Below, piece by piece: positions 59,787-64,000 of a DNA stretch of 64,000 nucleotides. Origin of the DNA: Flectonema sp. DT1601 (taxonomy: Eukaryota); assembly GCA_964019425.1 (NCBI GenBank), contig OZ025783.1, positions 558,001 to 622,000 of the forward strand, in the 5' to 3' direction. Numbering within the stretch: position 1 is the stretch's first letter; each line of letters opens with the position of its first letter. A program made the position numbers and the translations under genes. Below the pieces are notes generated by a model, which saw nothing but the letters and a program-made list of their open reading frames with translations, searched no databases and had not been told where the DNA came from.

Positions 59787-62700
59787 ATGCAGGGCTACCA
59801 GACTGCCTGGTCCCTGGCAATTGTTATGATGTTTGTATCTGTGCAGGGACTTCCTGGGCCACCGTCAAATGTTGAAATGCATTTTTGGGACACCCGTTGT
59901 AATAGTTTAATGTATAGAAGCTGGTCATACCTAACTGAGGGCCAAGTGAGCTTACAAAGTGTTGCTTTCTCTGAAGAAGGACTTTACAGCTGGGATGATC
60001 ATACTAGCCGGGTATCCAACGACAATGTAATTAGACAATCAGAGTTAGTGGCTGCTGGCTTTGGAGCTGCGTGGTTTGTTAATGCGAACTCTTCATTTAC
60101 AACAAATAAACAATTATGGTTATCTACTATTGATAGCTACGAAGATCAATTTCTTACTAGCAGTGACTTAGTTAGGATTTATGGTTTTCCTTGGTACCGT
60201 TTTGAAGCGTTTGAGTTGTTTTCATTTTACAGACGGCCAGTTGAAGAAGTTGTTCGTCCATTGTTACTAAATTTGGACTCACCTGCTGACTTACATTCTG
60301 ATGCACGGCAAGTGATATTTTCACATGTCGATCCTGACTCTAAGCTGATCAGAACGATATCACTTTTTGAAGTATTTAGGAAGTCGAGAGTCTTATTGAA
60401 TGTCGGTAGTACTCAAAGTGATTTAACGAATATCATAATTACGTCTCCGTTTGTTAGTTCTGATTGGGTCGTCTACACGGAGTTTGATGTGAATTCTAAA
60501 AAATCTCAAGTCTGGATTGAAGACACCAGCATTGAAACAAGAGAACTCGCACTTCATCCTGATCTACAAACATTTTGGGGATCTGTGTGGAATACTAGTT
60601 CACCTCTTGTTGTTGATGGTGGTGATTACGCGGCAGTTGCATTTTGTTCTTTTCTTTTATCAGAAATTGATTCCTTGCAACTTATTAATGATGAAGACAC
60701 TTACAGGGTTGTCCCGTTACAAAAGAATAGCAAACTACACGTCACAGTAATGCTATTCCCTTCTCGATTTAGATGTGAAATCACATACGACATGTGGAGC
60801 AGTATTATTCTATCTACTGTTAGTACTATCACTCTTGTTGATTACCTTGGAGGAGGAGGTTTTCTATTTCTTTCAATCTCTTACAACGAAGATGGTCAAC
60901 AACGTTACGGAATTATCGCTTATCCGATTAAAACATGTATTGGGGAAGAAGGAGAAAAACCATTTCTAGTTCCTAACTCAGTCTCACTCACACCTATCAA
61001 GTTAGTTACGTCATCATACGATGGTGTAATATTCGCAACAGCAAACGTGTTATTCACTATTAAAGTTTATGCAAAGGGTGCATTCGGAGAATACAATACA
61101 CTAATTTGTAGGTCCTTTGACGAAGACTTTCCAACCATCGGAGCGGTGTCGTTATTAAATGATCAGTTGATCTATCAAAAAAAGAATTTGGAAGCTGAGG
61201 CGAGCTATCAATTTGCTCTAAGTCAAGGCAGTTCTGCTAAAGAGCTTCAAGCTTTGAAATCAACTATAAATGAAATGCTTAGAATGGATCTTGATAAAGA
61301 TAATGATCGACATTGGGATGCCGTGGATCGATTCCCTCTGCGATCAGCTTTTTTCAATGACAGTGACAACGATGGAATTGGTATGTACATCATCCTACTA
61401 CAACATAATAAAATACAACCCACGCAACCACTCAACTAAAACAGGTGACCAAGGAGACATAGTAGCCAATGACGATAGCTGTGCTAACGATCTGAGAACA
61501 AACCCTGCTGGGTGTTGGGATGACATTAGAGTTCTTTATATAACTTGGTCAGTTGTAACTCTTTGTGTTATCTTAATTGCTGGATCCATCGGATATTACA
61601 ATAAAAAAAGTAGAGAGAAACTCTACACCAAAAAGAAAGCAACAGCAGACGAATGGATCAATAGACAATGGAGAGAAACAACAAGACATGACGTGACTGA
61701 AGAAGAGTTGTTTACATTGATGGCTGATCTTGACGACAGAATTCAGCATGAACAGGGCATGTCTAATTACACTCTTCATACGTTTGCAATATCAAAACGA
61801 AAACAAAACAAAAAAAACAATACAGGAATGCTAAAGTCTGGTGAAACTGTTGTACAAGCATTCTTATTCCTTTTGACAATGGCATCTGTGGTTCTTTGGA
61901 TTTCTTCAATGTGGTCACTCAATGGTTTTAATTTAGCTGAAGAGCACGCTCTAGCTTGGGTTGACTTTTATACCTCAACAGTGTTCTTGATTGATTTAAC
62001 CTACAGGTGGGTCTTCAGAGATGAAGGAGAATATTTAAACTTCAGAGACTACTGCCTTAAGAATTGGTACGACTTCCCTTCTCTCATATCTGACGTTCCC
62101 GGAGTCACTACTGCTGGACCTCTTAATATTTTAGTAGTTGCGAGACTTATTCGTGTTTTGAGAGTATTTAAAATGTTTCGAGTCGTTAGATTATATCACA
62201 AACTAACTCAACAACAAGCAGTCTTGGGATTAATTCTAAGATACGACACAATCTGGCAAGCTGTATTCGTCTGTGGTCTTATATTGTCATTGGGAGTCGT
62301 CATAAAACTATTTGAACAGCAAGAGGATCCTGAATTTGAACCGTATGCAAATGTTCTGTGGTTTTGTGTTGTCACAGTTACGACTATTGGATATGGTGAC
62401 ATGGTACCGGTGAATCCTGTTGCGAGAATTCTCGCAGTATTTTTGATGGTTTCGGGTATTGGGATCATCGGAGTTTTAACTGCTTCCATGGGAGACGCCG
62501 TTCGCTACTCCGGTGTCGACAAAGGAATGATGATGGAACGTGTTAAAAAATTACAACAAGGCAAATGGCGACTCGCACTCGAATACTTGCGTGTTTCTGT
62601 TTTATACAACCCGATCTTTAATGTTATTAAACCTTTCGCAAGAGGGAAGTGTGCCCATCCGAGTTGCACATGTCCATTAATTACTTCAGTGATTGGTTGC

Positions 62701-64000
62701 ATTAAAATATCATACGGCTACTACAAGTACCATGCTAATTGCTTTCGTTGCCATGGTTGTGGTCGTTCTCCATGGCATGGAGGATCTCTTAACAACACTG
62801 GTGAGTGTTGGGTTGTTACAGATGCGACACGCAGTCCTAGGCAACGTGGTCATCGTGGTTCGATTCCAGGAAAGTATAGCAGGAAAGGTGATGAAGAAAC
62901 AATTGAGTTTCGCTGTAAAGCAAACATATACCTTCATAGATCATGTCTTCTTCGTGATCGAGGAGGGAAGGACGATCTAGCAGGGACCGCTAGATCAGAA
63001 TCTTCAAGACTCTCTCGTGGTTCTGGTGGTGGCACAACAACATATGGTGCTTCTGGTGGAGAAGTTGTTGTTGAGGAATTACTCGTTAAAGGTTTAACTG
63101 GTGCAGCATATCAATTTAATGGAACGTACATAAGAAAACCAGCCATAGATGATGACAGTCCTGTACTCTTTGATCATAAGAAGAGTAATGCTGTCGTTAC
63201 TACAGGTGATAGTCGTAAACATTGGATTCTTGTAAACCGTTCAGGGACACAAGAAACGTGTTATGCGACTGCGCATTCTCTTTTGGGGGAATGGACTGGT
63301 AGTAATCCAAAGTTTGGACAGCCTTCAGTTGATGATGGTTGTGCTCAACACCATTCATGGTGGAAGATGTACGACACGTTAGATATTCCTCCTCGAAATT
63401 TAATTCAACACTACGCTTCTCATCGAACAAAGAATCAATTCTTAACTCTTATCGGTTGTCTTGACGAATCTGCTGAAACTTCTGGCGGAAAGTTCTCAGC
63501 CGGAGGTGCAAAAAAACGCACCGACTACTCCACAACAATTGAAAAAGTGAGAACTCAAATAAAGGTTGTTACAGATTTTGGTGAGAGGAGAGTGTTATTG
63601 AGGGCTCCATGCCTTTTACAAGACCGCCTTCAACTTATTTTAAAAACACATAAATTACAAGAGAATGAAAAGGTTAAAAACTATGAATTACTAAGAGACC
63701 ACTTGGAGTACTTAATATACCAGAAGTGTGGAAAAAAACTGCAAGGAACAATGTTGGCAAAGGTTTTTTCTATTAGAGCTTCGTTAGAACTTAGCGCAGA
63801 AATTCAACAACAAAAAGCGAAACACCAACACATGTCTGATAATGCATCTCAGACTCCATCTGGGGTATCAAGTTGGGGTGAATGGGATGATGAAGATATT
63901 GATTGGAGTGACCCAGTAGAGTGGACACTTCATGAATTAGACAGATGCCTTATTGATCATGATGTGGATAAGTTAGATGCTTATCCTTCAATAAAAACAG
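59787..64000 (+). CDS. Voltage-gated K+ channel with signal peptide, large ectodomain, extra TM and LIM-like cytoplasmic domain; runs off the window end
   Basis: Exon 59787-61380, intron 61381-61444, then a frame open to 64000 (absent from the ORF track because it has no stop): S4 RLIRVLRVFKMFRVVRL (~62143-62193), filter TTIGYGD (62380-62400), S6 ARILAVFLMVSGIGIIGVLTAS. Confidence 0.88.
61757..61825 (+). other. Putative GC-AG intron, 69 nt, in frame and stop-free
   Basis: GCATGT donor (one change from the local GTATGT consensus) and A/C-rich 3' end AAAACAAAACAAAAAAAACAATACAG typical of introns in this window. Confidence 0.7.

Noticed and set aside
34095..63430. Many short minus-strand ORFs
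   Set aside because: They are shadows of long + strand CDSs or lie in low-complexity sequence and carry no motifs

Overview
AT-rich eukaryotic nuclear DNA, most likely from an intron-containing euglenozoan (diplomenid-like lineage inferred from a BILBO1-type N-terminal domain, a K39/kinesin-3-like motor and the unidirectional gene order; not proven). All 18 protein-coding genes I can support lie on the + strand, several split by short GT-AG introns that the ORF track breaks up; the only minus-strand feature is a tRNA-Arg(ACG). Conserved genes: WDR6-like, kinesin, SMC3, ERMARD-like, two near-identical ubiquitin-eL40 genes, a FYVE protein and a Sec63-like J protein. Most notable: (1) a ~3356-aa TmcB-like polytopic membrane protein ending in 13 tandem FixL-like PAS domains that all keep the heme-ligating His and have no catalytic output; (2) a voltage-gated K+ channel, missed by the ORF track, fused to a signal peptide, a large ectodomain with Ca-binding DxDxDG repeats, an extra TM and a LIM-like zinc finger, and carrying a stop-free 3n GC-AG intron; (3) a BILBO1-family protein with 17 shuffled EF-hand repeats; (4) a cluster of 4-5 covarying GAUC/GAUC hairpins in a 4.7-kb non-coding gap; (5) cis-intron acceptors are A/C-rich while acceptors just upstream of start codons are U-rich. 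All family calls are from motif recognition by eye, not database searches.
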